Below the pieces are notes generated by a model. The model searched no databases. It was not told the origin of the DNA and was given only the letters and a program-made list of their open reading frames with translations. From contig JAVKOQ020000089.1 in assembly GCA_031835245.2 (NCBI GenBank), positions 62,001 to 126,000 on the forward strand: 64,000 nt of DNA, in the 5' to 3' direction. Origin of the DNA: Balamuthia mandrillaris. Lineage: Eukaryota. Positions 39,421-48,665 of the stretch are shown here, piece by piece (within the stretch, counting starts at the first letter, position 1; the number at the start of each line of letters is the position of its first letter). Both the position numbers and the translations under genes were made by a program.

Positions 39421-41418
39421 TCACAGAGGGTAAGAGAAGGAGTTACGTCTGGTGTTTGTGGGAGAGGGCTCGCATAGCGATTCATCCAGAAGCGAAAACC
39501 GATCCACAGAGGAAGAAGCTGAGGAAGAGGAAGGAGAGACGTGCGATGATCCATCCGACCAACAAGAAGAGCCTCCACCGTCAAATGCCGGGGAAGTAAG
39601 CAGATCCAAATACGTTGTGGAGGAAAAATCAACCGTTGAGAAGAAGGAAGGAGAAGTAGGATGCTGCATAGCAGAAGAAGAATAGGGTTGGATGGCAGAA
39701 GAATGTACAGTATTAACATCAACAGGCGCTCCCTCCTTCATGACAAGGGAGGACAGTGGGGCTGCTGGGAAGAAGGTACCCTCGTGGAAACGAACGTCTT
39801 TGGGCAAGGCCACGGCGGTTTGAGGGGCAACCTTCCAAGACTCGATGCTCGCGTGTTTGGCCCACTCCACAGCAACTCCTCTTTGCACCGGGACGGCACT
39901 CTTCATTTGGACAGCGATGCACATGAGCCCTCCATCAGGGCCATAGTAGCACCGGCATAGGGAATGCGACATCAACCAGGTGCCATCCTTTGTGGTCATG
40001 GGACACGTGTCGTGGGACAGAACCTGACAGTTGCTCACCACTCCCAGTTGGGTCATCATCCTCTCGTACATTAGTTCCATGATTTCGAAGAGCTCTTCAG
40101 GAACGAGAAGGCGGAAGCAGCGACCCAATAACTCATTCTTGTAATGTGAAGTAGTCAGAAAAGAGGAAGAACAGAGAGAGGAGGAAAAAAGAAGAAAAGG
40201 GTGAAACAGAACAACGATCAAAAAAGGAGTGGAATATGACGAAGGGAACAATACCTGTGAATAACCGTACGTCTTCAAAAAGGCTGAGTTAACAGCCACA
40301 ATGCTGCCTCCTTCGGCGTCAAGGGCAAAGGGTCGCATCAGCGCCCACGGTTCTGTCAGCTCGTTATCCACATAACATTCCAAGAGATGTGCTTTGGAGA
40401 AATAGGGTATCGAGGCTATACTGGGTTTTCTGGTGTTGGCTGCCATTGGAGGAAGCCACAGTTTGAACGTTCCATTTTTGGATGAGGTAGGAGACGGCGA
40501 TGATGAAGAAATGGTAGTGAAAGGATGATCAAAGATGTCTAATTCAGAACTCGTGAATGACAACGGAGAGGAGGAAAAGCAAGGGCTCGAGGAGGAAGGA
40601 GAAGAAGAGGAAGGAGAACTTGTGGTCGGTTGCGATGGTGGCGAATCCTCTGACTCTGCTCCCTTCACATGCTTACTATTATTTACATTGTTGTGGTTGT
40701 TGTTGTAGCTTTGTGTCGATGCTGCTGTTGCTGTTGTTACAGCGTCGTGCTTTCTCTTCTTTGTAGGGCTTCCATTGGGGTCATTCGCGCTGCCATAACG
40801 ATGGAAGAGAGCTCGCTTCAAGCCACATGACATGCAAAACACGGCCTCCTGCAGCACAAATTCCACCCCGCAGCGGTGACAAAATTGAGCAGGCAGCAGT
40901 TGTGCTGGTGATGCTTCTTCCGTCTCCTCACTCACAAATTCCGGTGAAGAAGAAGGAGAAGAGAAGAGGCGTTGCTGTCGTGTCTGGTCTTCAACCAAAG
41001 AAAAAGAAGGCGGAACAAACGAAGAGGAAGGAACGTTAGGAAAGGGTGTGGAAGAAGCTTGTGTGCGTTGGGCGGAAGCGAAGGAAGAAGGAGGGGGAGC
41101 ATAGTGAGGAATAGCAGGAGAAGAGTGAGCGAAAGGAATGCCAGTTGTTGGAAAGAGATGAGCATGAGGACGTGGAGGAGGAAAAATGCGAGCATGCAGT
41201 GGTGGAGGCGTATACTTTCCAGAAGGAGAAGTGTTGCTGTCTTGGTTTTTGGGTTTGGGAGGTCGCCCTCGTTTGCGCAACGGCGGAAGAGGGTCACGGC
41301 AGAGGTGAGTGCGGTCGAGGTGGCGGCAGCGCCCGCAAGGCCTTCCTTTGTCGCACGCCTGGTGGGCCTCCCTGCACGGCGCACATGCTTTGTGCTCTTG
41401 CTTTTTGTTCTCGTTCAT
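39421..41418 (-). CDS. Zn2Cys6 / AT-hook / Zn-ribbon / PAS transcription factor, copy 11
   Basis: Same motifs; donor at 40254; exon 2 NELLGRCFRLLVPEE. Confidence 0.87.
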   Translation of the reverse strand: MNENKKQEHKACAPCREAHQACDKGRPCGRCRHLDRTHLCRDPLPPLRKRGRPPKPKNQDSNTSPSGKYTPPPLHARIFPPPRPHAHLFPTTGIPFAHSSPAIPHYAPPPSSFASAQRTQASSTPFPNVPSSSFVPPSFSLVEDQTRQQRLFSSPSSSPEFVSEETEEASPAQLLPAQFCHRCGVEFVLQEAVFCMSCGLKRALFHRYGSANDPNGSPTKKRKHDAVTTATAASTQSYNNNHNNVNNSKHVKGAESEDSPPSQPTTSSPSSSSPSSSSPCFSSSPLSFTSSELDIFDHPFTTISSSSPSPTSSKNGTFKLWLPPMAANTRKPSIASIPYFSKAHLLECYVDNELTEPWALMRPFALDAEGGSIVAVNSAFLKTYGYSQVLFPSSYSTPFLIVVLFHPFLLFSSSLCSSSFLTTSHYKNELLGRCFRLLVPEELFEIMELMYERMMTQLGVVSNCQVLSHDTCPMTTKDGTWLMSHSLCRCYYGPDGGLMCIAVQMKSAVPVQRGVAVEWAKHASIESWKVAPQTAVALPKDVRFHEGTFFPAAPLSSLVMKEGAPVDVNTVHSSAIQPYSSSAMQHPTSPSFFSTVDFSSTTYLDLLTSPAFDGGGSSCWSDGSSHVSPSSSSASSSVDRFSLLDESLCEPSPTNTRRNSFSYPL

Positions 41419-41875
41419 CTCTCTTTTGTTTATATTTCTCAGTTGATGTATTCTAGGCTTCTCAGTCAGTCTTGCGTATGAATTGTCCTCTTACGTCGTC
41501 GTTTCTCTCTTTACAGCGCTTGGAGCGTAGCACAGCGGCTAGCAGCAGTAGGAGACGTTTGTCTGCAGGTCGGCGCGTTGAAAGAAACATTTGGGTTTGG
41601 TGTGCATTTCCTTGTCCTTCCTTTTCCGTACGGATTAATTTCCACTCATCGGAACATTTTCGATTGGTGCACGCTCATGAAATTCGATGGAATCCGCATC
41701 GGACATTATTTTGAACCAATCGCCTGCTTTCTTTTGCATAAATGTCCGACGTCCTCCACGCACAGGATAAAGACGCCCGTTGGGCCATGTCAGTTTAGAA
41801 GCATGTTTATACCTGCACTACCATCACCATCATCTCCATTTTTAAAAAAAAAACCTCATCTGGTCCTGTGTTTTT

Positions 41876-42628
41876 TCAGAAATAGAATCGGCCGATGCTC
41901 TCTGCCACACAGGCGGGCTTGTCGTGGCCCTCCCGCTCAAAGGTCCAGAGGGTGACCGTCTGCACGCCGCCCGGCACGTCCGTGATTTCCTGCAGGGTGG
42001 TGCGCAGGCGGACGTTGCTGCCAGCCGGCACGGGGGAGATGAAGCGCACCTTGTTGAGGCCGTAGTTGACCGCCATCTTGGCGCCCTTTATCTTGGGGTT
42101 GGCTTCGCCTGCCAACACTGGCCCCAAAGAGAGCGTGAGGAAGCCATGAGCTACCGGTCTAAAAGAAGAAGAGAAGAGAGAGGAAAGAAGAAAAAGGTTA
42201 AGATATCTTTTTGGCAACCAAAATGAAAAATGAAAGAAAGGAAGAAAAAAAGACCCTTTGAATGGGGACTCCTTCTTGGCTCGCTCTACGTCCACATGGA
42301 TCCATTGCCTGTCTTCTGTGCACTCCTACAAAACGTATTTTTTGTTTTGTTTGATATGAGTGAGTGAATATTTTGTTGTGGAAAAAAAAAAAGAGCATAG
42401 ACACACCGCAAAAGCATTGATTCTGTCTTGAGCTACTTGGTGCCAGCTGCTCACGCCCAACTCTTTGCCGACCATGCCACGAAGCTCGCTCAGGTCGATC
42501 TCTCTTTTGGCCGCGCCTGCAGTGGCATTGGTGCCCACTACCGAGCTATCCTCGCGAGGAAGCGAGCTTCGCAAGTGTGCTTCCAGGCGGGCCAACCTCC
42601 TTCCGGCCACAACTGCTTTGGACTCCAT
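41876..42628 (-). CDS. MaoC-family (hot-dog fold) dehydratase with an N-terminal PTS2-like signal, 3 exons
   Basis: VGKELGVSSW..V.QDRINAFA|ECTEDRQWIHVDVERAKKESPFKG|PVAHGFLTLSL...VNYGLNKVRFISPVPAGS...KPACVAE; RLARLEAHL near the N-terminus. Confidence 0.9.
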
Positions 42629-42766
42629 TTTCTTTTCTTTTCTTTTCTTTTTTATCTTTGTTGTCGACATTTTTTCGATAAATGGACTAAAAAAGTACAA
42701 TTTTGGCGATAAACAATGATATTAGTTGCTATAGTGCCAATTATGTCCAAACATACTAACAAAAAG

Positions 42767-43696
42767 ATGGAAAGAACTGAAGAGTGTCGGAGGGTCGAAA
42801 CGCTGCTCCCGATGGAGACTTGCACCATATTGGGCCGCGTTATTGCTATGAAAAAACCTGAACAGAGCACAACCACTACGACTATGTGCCTCACCGTTTG
42901 TGATGACTCTGGCGCTATTGACGTGGTGGTAGACACTGGCAACAGAAAAGAAAAGCTGGAGGACCAAGCTTCTGTCGGGGACGTGGTGAACGTCAAAGGC
43001 ACTGTAAAGTGGCTTCCTTTCCATTGCCTCCAAGTGGAAGTACGACCACCAAGCGCTCTTTTGAGAGTAACATATTTACATTTTTCTTAGGCAGAAACAG
43101 TAACATTGGTTGAACGCGGACCAACAACAGTAAACGAGAGCAAGGGCTTGAGCATCAACAATAACGACGAAGACACTCTGCTTCATCACCTCTCTACGGT
43201 CATTCGAGCATTTGGCGTCATCGCCTTTATCCCGACAACTTCAACAAAATCCGCCTATAGTGTAATGCTGGTCAAGCTGCATCGCAACGAATGGGGCTTT
43301 CCAAAAGGTCATTTAGATGATGGGGAGACGGCTCAGACGTGCGCACTTCGTGAGTTTGAAGAGGAAACAGGTGTTCCCAGGGAGTTTCTGCAACTTATAC
43401 ACAACCACGACAAGCAGAAAGAGACAACCGGAATAGGTTTTGAGGACATGTACCATTCGAGGTATCGTTTCAAGTTTGGGACGAAGATGATAGAGAAGCA
43501 AACCGCGTTTTGTGTGGCCCGTGTTTTGAAGGAGCGCGTGGAGGAAGTGCCGGTTCGCATTCAGGCGGAGGAGATAGCAGAGTTTCGATGGGCCACCTAT
43601 GAGGAAGCATTGGAGTGCTTGACGTTCGAGGGAAGTCGGGCGTGCTTGCGTTTGGCTCATAGGGATATCATGAATCATCTGCAAAAACGTGGTTGA
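42767..43696 (+). CDS. OB-fold plus NUDIX hydrolase (Ap4A-hydrolase-like) fusion, 51-nt intron at 43040-43090
   Basis: ILGRVI...LTVCDDSGAIDVVV...VGDVVNVKGTV (OB-like); WGFPKGHLDDGETAQTCALREFEEETG (Nudix box); a phase-0 GT..AG intron joins them in frame. Confidence 0.78.
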
Positions 43697-43912
43697 AAAA
43701 CAAAAAACCTATCGATAATATTTTGAGATAATTGTTGAAAATTTGAATGAAAATATGATACCAAAAGCCTCGAAATTCGCGCGAACAGCTGTTCCGATTT
43801 CCCCGATGTATTTCCCCGACGCAATTCCCCGCAGCCTCCGCAACGTACCTTTTGTGTGCTGCTTGCTTTTGTTTTGCTTTCTTCTTCTTTCCCCAACGAA
43901 ACACTAACGACA

Positions 43913-44434
43913 ATGAAAGTGACTATAGAGTATTGGTAGCGTCTCTCTTTCTCTCCCTCTCTCTCCCTCTCTCTCCCTCTCTCTCCCTCTTCAATGCCTC
44001 TCACCTCCTTTCTCTTGTTGCTTTCCCATGATGACACGTCCCTCTTATTTCCTACACAAAGTACTTCCTGAGGATACTATTCCTACTTCGAAGAGGCACG
44101 CAAGGCCATCTCCAAGAAATGGCCTTCTGCTGAGGTTTGTTCTTTGTTTTTTTTTTCACTTCTTCCTTCCTCTCCGTTTCTGTTTGGTTTTTCTCCTTCA
44201 AGTTTTTTATTGATTACTTTTTTCACAAAAAACAATTAGATCGAAGGAAATCCGAAGCGTCCTCGCAGGGGGGCCTTCGAGATAACCGTGGACGACGCTT
44301 TGGTCTTCTCCAAGCTGACCTCCAAGCGTTTCCCCAATGAAGGAGAGCTCGTCAACAACATCCAGACCCTGTTGGAAACGGGCAAGGCTCCCACCTTGGA
44401 AGTTGGCGAGGACAGCTTTTGCACTCTCTTCTAA
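43913..44434 (+). CDS. Selenoprotein of the Rdx / SelW / MIEN1 family, 96 aa, in-frame UGA at 44069-44071, C-terminal CaaX
   Basis: Exons 43913-43935, 44062-44134 and 44240-44434 give MKVTIEYCTSUGYYSYFEEARKAISKKWPSAEIEGNPKRPRRGAFEITVDDALVFSKLTSKRFPNEGELVNNIQTLLETGKAPTLEVGEDSFCTLF; Rdx motifs IEYCxxU, GAFEI, FSKL, RFP. Confidence 0.9.
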
Positions 44435-44510
44435 CGACGGAAGAATGCAAAGCAGACAAAGTTTAAAAAAAAAAGAAGATGAGTGAGGAGAAAAAAAAAA
44501 AGATGGGACC

Positions 44511-44568
44511 ATGAAGCGCTCTTCTCAAATCTTTTTCCTGTTCAGGCAAAGGAAGGAAGAGTGCTGAG
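44511..44568 (+). promoter_or_regulatory. SECIS element (type II-like) in the selenoprotein 3' UTR
   Basis: AUGAA...UGAG core; 10-bp helix GCGCUCUUCU/GGAAGAGUGC; unpaired AAA at 44527-44529; extra apical mini-helix. Confidence 0.88.
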
Positions 44569-44857
44569 CTGTTAACAACCTTCAAAAAAAAGGCACTTGC
44601 TGGTCTTTTCTTTTTGTTTTTGTGGGTTTCACTATTTGAACCATTTCTTTTTCTTTTTCTTTCATTCTCCTCTTATTTTTTGAACTTCTTTGCTTCACAG
44701 TAAAAACCTTTTTCTTCTCTCATGAAGAGATCATCATTATTTACAAGAGAGAGAGAGAGAGAGAGAGAGAAGGAAAGGGGGAACCTCCAAAGTTTCTCTC
44801 TTTCGCTTGGCGTTGCTCTGCCAAAAGCATTCTTTGTTTCCTCCTTCCGTGCATGCA

Positions 44858-46183
44858 TCATGAGGAAGAAGCTGAAGATTCACGCAACACCGCAGAGGCG
44901 TAGCTCACCGAAGAATCCTGTTTTGTCTTGCATCGGCTAGACTGTGCGTACCTCACAAAAGATAGATCAAACTTTACAGAACAACTTTTAAGAGCCTGTT
45001 TTGAAAAAATAATGAGTTCATAAACTTAAAAAAAAAGCTCAGAAAAGAAAAGGTGTTTACATTGAGAAAGACGCCGATGGGATGACGGCCACAAATGGTG
45101 TTTTTGTATTGGTTGCGATAGGCATGGAAGGCCTGCACGTCTTGTGTCTCGATGATCCTCATGCCTTCCTTGTCCAACCATTCGATGCATTCATCGATAT
45201 CTCCTTTGGAAGCATCGTAAAAAGTATAAGAAAACCTATCAGTTTTTTAAAGGTTATGTTAGAAGAGTAAAGCAAGCAGAAAGAAGAAAAAGAGGAGAAC
45301 TAACCTTTTACCCCAATGACAAAAGTCGCTGGAGATCACGAAAAAGTTTTCCGGGTGGGCCAAGTAAGGCGCCATGATGCGACCAAACTCAGCTTCGGCC
45401 TTGTTGCTCAATGAGCCCACCATTACTGGCACTACTTTAATATCGCAGCTTTTGTTTTTAGCGTCAGAAGAAGGTAGAAAGAAATAACGGACTAAGAAGA
45501 GAAGACGGCAGAATGCAGAAGAAAGAGGAATGAAAAACGATGAGAGGGTACCCTTGAAAAACTTTGCGGATATAAGGAAGTTGCATTTCGATGCTATGTT
45601 CATCCTCGTCCTCCTCTTTGCCCATGTAGCTAAAAGAACCAGTTTGGTGGAGCTCTTCTATCACTGTTATTTTCAAAGAAGTGTTAGAAAAAGAGGAAAG
45701 GAGAATACAGAAGGAGCAGGAAGACTCAATTCTCAATATCTCGGAGGGAGGAAAAAGAGAAGAGAGGAGAGAAGAGAGAAGAGATAACAAGAACAACGAG
45801 CATCAGAACATGAACAAGAAGAACAAGAAGAACTCAAAGTTAAAGACAACCTTGGAGGTCAAGAGGGAGGTCTCCAATTGGAGTGGCGTAATGCGTTTGT
45901 TGGGAGAGCGCGCAATCCTGCAAGTACACATGGTGAGATGGTCCCAGGATAAATACTCGTTTGCTGTGTTGTTTAAACAGTCAAAAAGAATAGAAATGTT
46001 CAACAAAAGTGTTTTCCAAAAAAATAAAATAAAACAAAAGAAAGAACTGCATACATGCTCTTTGGATCAATGTTTCCAAAGGCAAAAGCAGCAGTGGGTC
46101 CAGAGTAGGAGTAACCCGCATGCCTACAGATTCATCATTTTTTAAAGGTTAGCTAGCTCCTCGTTCTTCTCTCTCTCTCTCTC

Positions 46184-46240
<57 letters not shown>

Positions 46241-46569
46241 CGTTTGTCGATGGGAGCATAAGAAGTCATGTGTGTAACATGGAGCTTCAAAAAAAAGGAG
46301 AGAGGCAACAAAGCCGTACGGAGAAATAATAGCTCGTGCAGGGGGCAACGAAGCATCGGGCGCCACTACTTGTTCCAACCAACCACTCAACTGCTTGTCC
46401 AGTTTTGTGGCTGACACAACGAAGAGAGTATTTTTTTTAAAAAAAAATTGCAAGAAACAAAAGAAGTTTAAAAAGTAGTACCATCATTGGTGTACCAGCT
46501 GCCAGCATGGGAAGCCTCTCGAATGGAACGCTGCTGCTGCTGACGGTTGTTGTTGTTGCTGCTGTTCAT
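44858..46569 (-). CDS. MEMO1: MEMO1 family protein, multi-exon
   Basis: REASHAGSWY, RAIISP|HAGYSYSGPTAA, RVFILGPSHH, DEDEHSIEMQLPYI, FVISSDFCHWG, NTICGRHPI, DSSVSYASA. Confidence 0.93.
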
Positions 46570-46704
46570 CTTTGTCTCCTCCTGCGCTACTTTTTCTCTG
46601 GGATAAGACGTCAACCTATTAGTCATTCAACTGTGAAATTTGCTAGATAATATCTCTTTCGTAAATGTAGGTATAATAGGTTGGTAGGTGATAGACTGAG
46701 TAGT

Positions 46705-46870
46705 AAGGAGAGCAAAAAAGCAGAGAGCAGAGAGGAGATTGGAGAGGGGAGAGGAGAGAGCGGAGAGCAGAGAGCGGAGAGCAGAGAGGAGAGAGGAGAG
46801 AGGAGAGAGCAGAGAGGAGAGAGGATAGGAGAGAAGTTAGGAGAGAGGGAAGAAAGAGAGAAGAAAAGGA
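46705..46870. repeat. Purine-rich degenerate GAGAG/GAGCA repeat in the divergent MEMO1 / Bin3 intergenic region
   Basis: Directly visible. Confidence 0.8.
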
Positions 46871-46911
46871 CAGAGCAGGCTGCGCAGTCACACACTCACA
46901 CCATTGAGGCG

Positions 46912-48486
46912 ATGGAAGAAACAGAAGATCGGTCCTCGTCCGCTTCTTCGTCAACGGACAGCAACTACAATGGCACTGGCGACGACGACGGTGCTCACAA
47001 CAAAACTGCGAACAAAAAAAAGGATGGAGTGGAAGAAGAGGAAGCGTTTGTGCCTCCGTTGTCTTGCTTGTTGGAAGACAAAGAAGAGAAGAGGGCCGCT
47101 TCAACAAGAGGGCGAGGCAGAGGGAGTGGAAGAGGACGCGGACGAGGACGCGGTAACGAGCGAGGAATTGAGAGCGGAAGAGGAAGCACTGTGGGTCACC
47201 AAGAAAAACGTCCCAGAAAAGGCATGTCTCGTTCTTCTTGTTCTTGTTCTTATTGATCTAACATACCAACCAAAAAATAGTAGAAGAAGAAGAGAGTAGC
47301 GACAGAAGCGACAAAGTAAGTGGGGCTACAAAAGATGGGAGACCCGCCAAGAAACAAAAGGTGTTTCAGTACGGCAACTACGACCGGTACTATGGCTACC
47401 GCAACAAGGACAGGAGACAGGACCCTCGGCTTGAAGTGTTCCATTCGGAGTGGCTCGCTGGCAAACGCTGTCTTGACATCGGTTGCAACGTTGGCTCTGT
47501 CACCATGGCCATCGGTTCGTTGTTCTTCTTGTTCTTCGTTCTTCGTTCTTCTTGTTCTTGTTCTTCTTGTTCTTCTTCTTCTTCTTCTTGTTCTTCTTCT
47601 TCTTCTTGTTCTTCTTCTTCTTCTTCTTCTTCTTCTTCTTCTTCTTCTTCTTCTTCTTCTTCTTCTTCTTCTTCTTCCACTGCTCGTGTGCCAACCTCCC
47701 TAACGCAAAATGGTCATTATTGTAGCTCGTCGTTTTGGATGCTCCTTCATAAGAGGGATAGACTTGGATGGTTCTCTTATCAACAGAGCAAAGAACAATC
47801 TCGCCGTTGCTCAACGAAACGCCACTTCTCGAAGCACTTTCCAACAAAAAGAAGCAAAGAAAGGAACGGAAGAAGAGAAGGAAAAAGCAGAACAAAAGGA
47901 AGATGAAACGAAAGAAAAAGACAACGTGAAGGAGCATACTGATAGAAAGGGTAAACAGAAAGAGACAAATATAACAACAGAAACAAACAAAAAGGAAACC
48001 TCCTTTCCGTTCAACATTGAGTTTAGAGCAGAAAACATACTTGATGATAACATTCACCACGATCAACCATACGACGTCATATTTTGGTTTGTGCTCCCTT
48101 CTTTCTTCTTTTCTTTTCTGCTTTCCTCTCTTCGTTTTCGTTTCGCTAACACCACAAACAACAGTTTAAGTCTCACGAAATGGATTCATCTAAACTGGGG
48201 AGATGAAGGCATAAAACGTTTCTTCCGGAAAGTCTACAACCTCCTGAACGAAGGAGGCAAAGTGGTCTTAGAGCCACAAGAATGGAGTACCTATCGAAAG
48301 AAAGCAAAGCTAACGGCCGTAACGAAGAAACACTATCAAGAGATTCGTTTCAAGCCGGATCAGTTTCAGGAGTATCTGCTTAGCGATGAAGTTGGGTTTA
48401 AGTCTTGCGAGGACTTGCAACAACGGTTAGACGTTGCAAAGACGAAACAAGGGTTCAAGCGGCCGATCTTCTTGCTCACAAAATAA
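46912..48486 (+). CDS. Bin3 / MEPCE-family RNA methylphosphate capping methyltransferase, multi-exon
   Basis: FQYGNYDRYYGYR, DPRL, CLDIGCNVG, GIDLDGSLI, LSLTKWIHLNWGDEGIKRFF, VLEPQEWSTY, GFKRPI. Confidence 0.92.
47520..47677. repeat. (TTC/TTG)n microsatellite, intronic
   Basis: Directly visible; similar tracts at 58786-58956 and 62440-62603. Confidence 0.95.
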
Positions 48487-48540
48487 ATGAAATTGCTCCG
48501 TTCCTCCTCTGGGACTCAACCTTACCGTTACGAATCTCTC

Positions 48541-48595
<55 letters not shown>

Positions 48596-48665
48596 GCCCG
48601 GACGGAGACTGACGACAATGCCGTAACTGAGGCAAGGAGGAGAACAGAAAGTAGAAGGAATTTGT

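Noticed and set aside
13609..41418. PAS domains as LOV blue-light sensors
   Set aside because: The context resembles LOV, but no copy has the GRNCRFLQ motif or a Cys at the photoactive position
13609..41418. Array as transposon or viral repeats
   Set aside because: No transposase, reverse transcriptase, integrase or terminal repeats seen; the units are intron-containing genes
44069..44071. UGA as a pseudogene nonsense mutation
   Set aside because: It falls exactly at the CxxU position, the rest of the gene is intact, and a SECIS-like hairpin follows
47320..48066. Poly-L/F/K/E ORFs (also 58749-59111 and 62137-63069)
   Set aside because: Artefacts of (TTC)n intronic tracts
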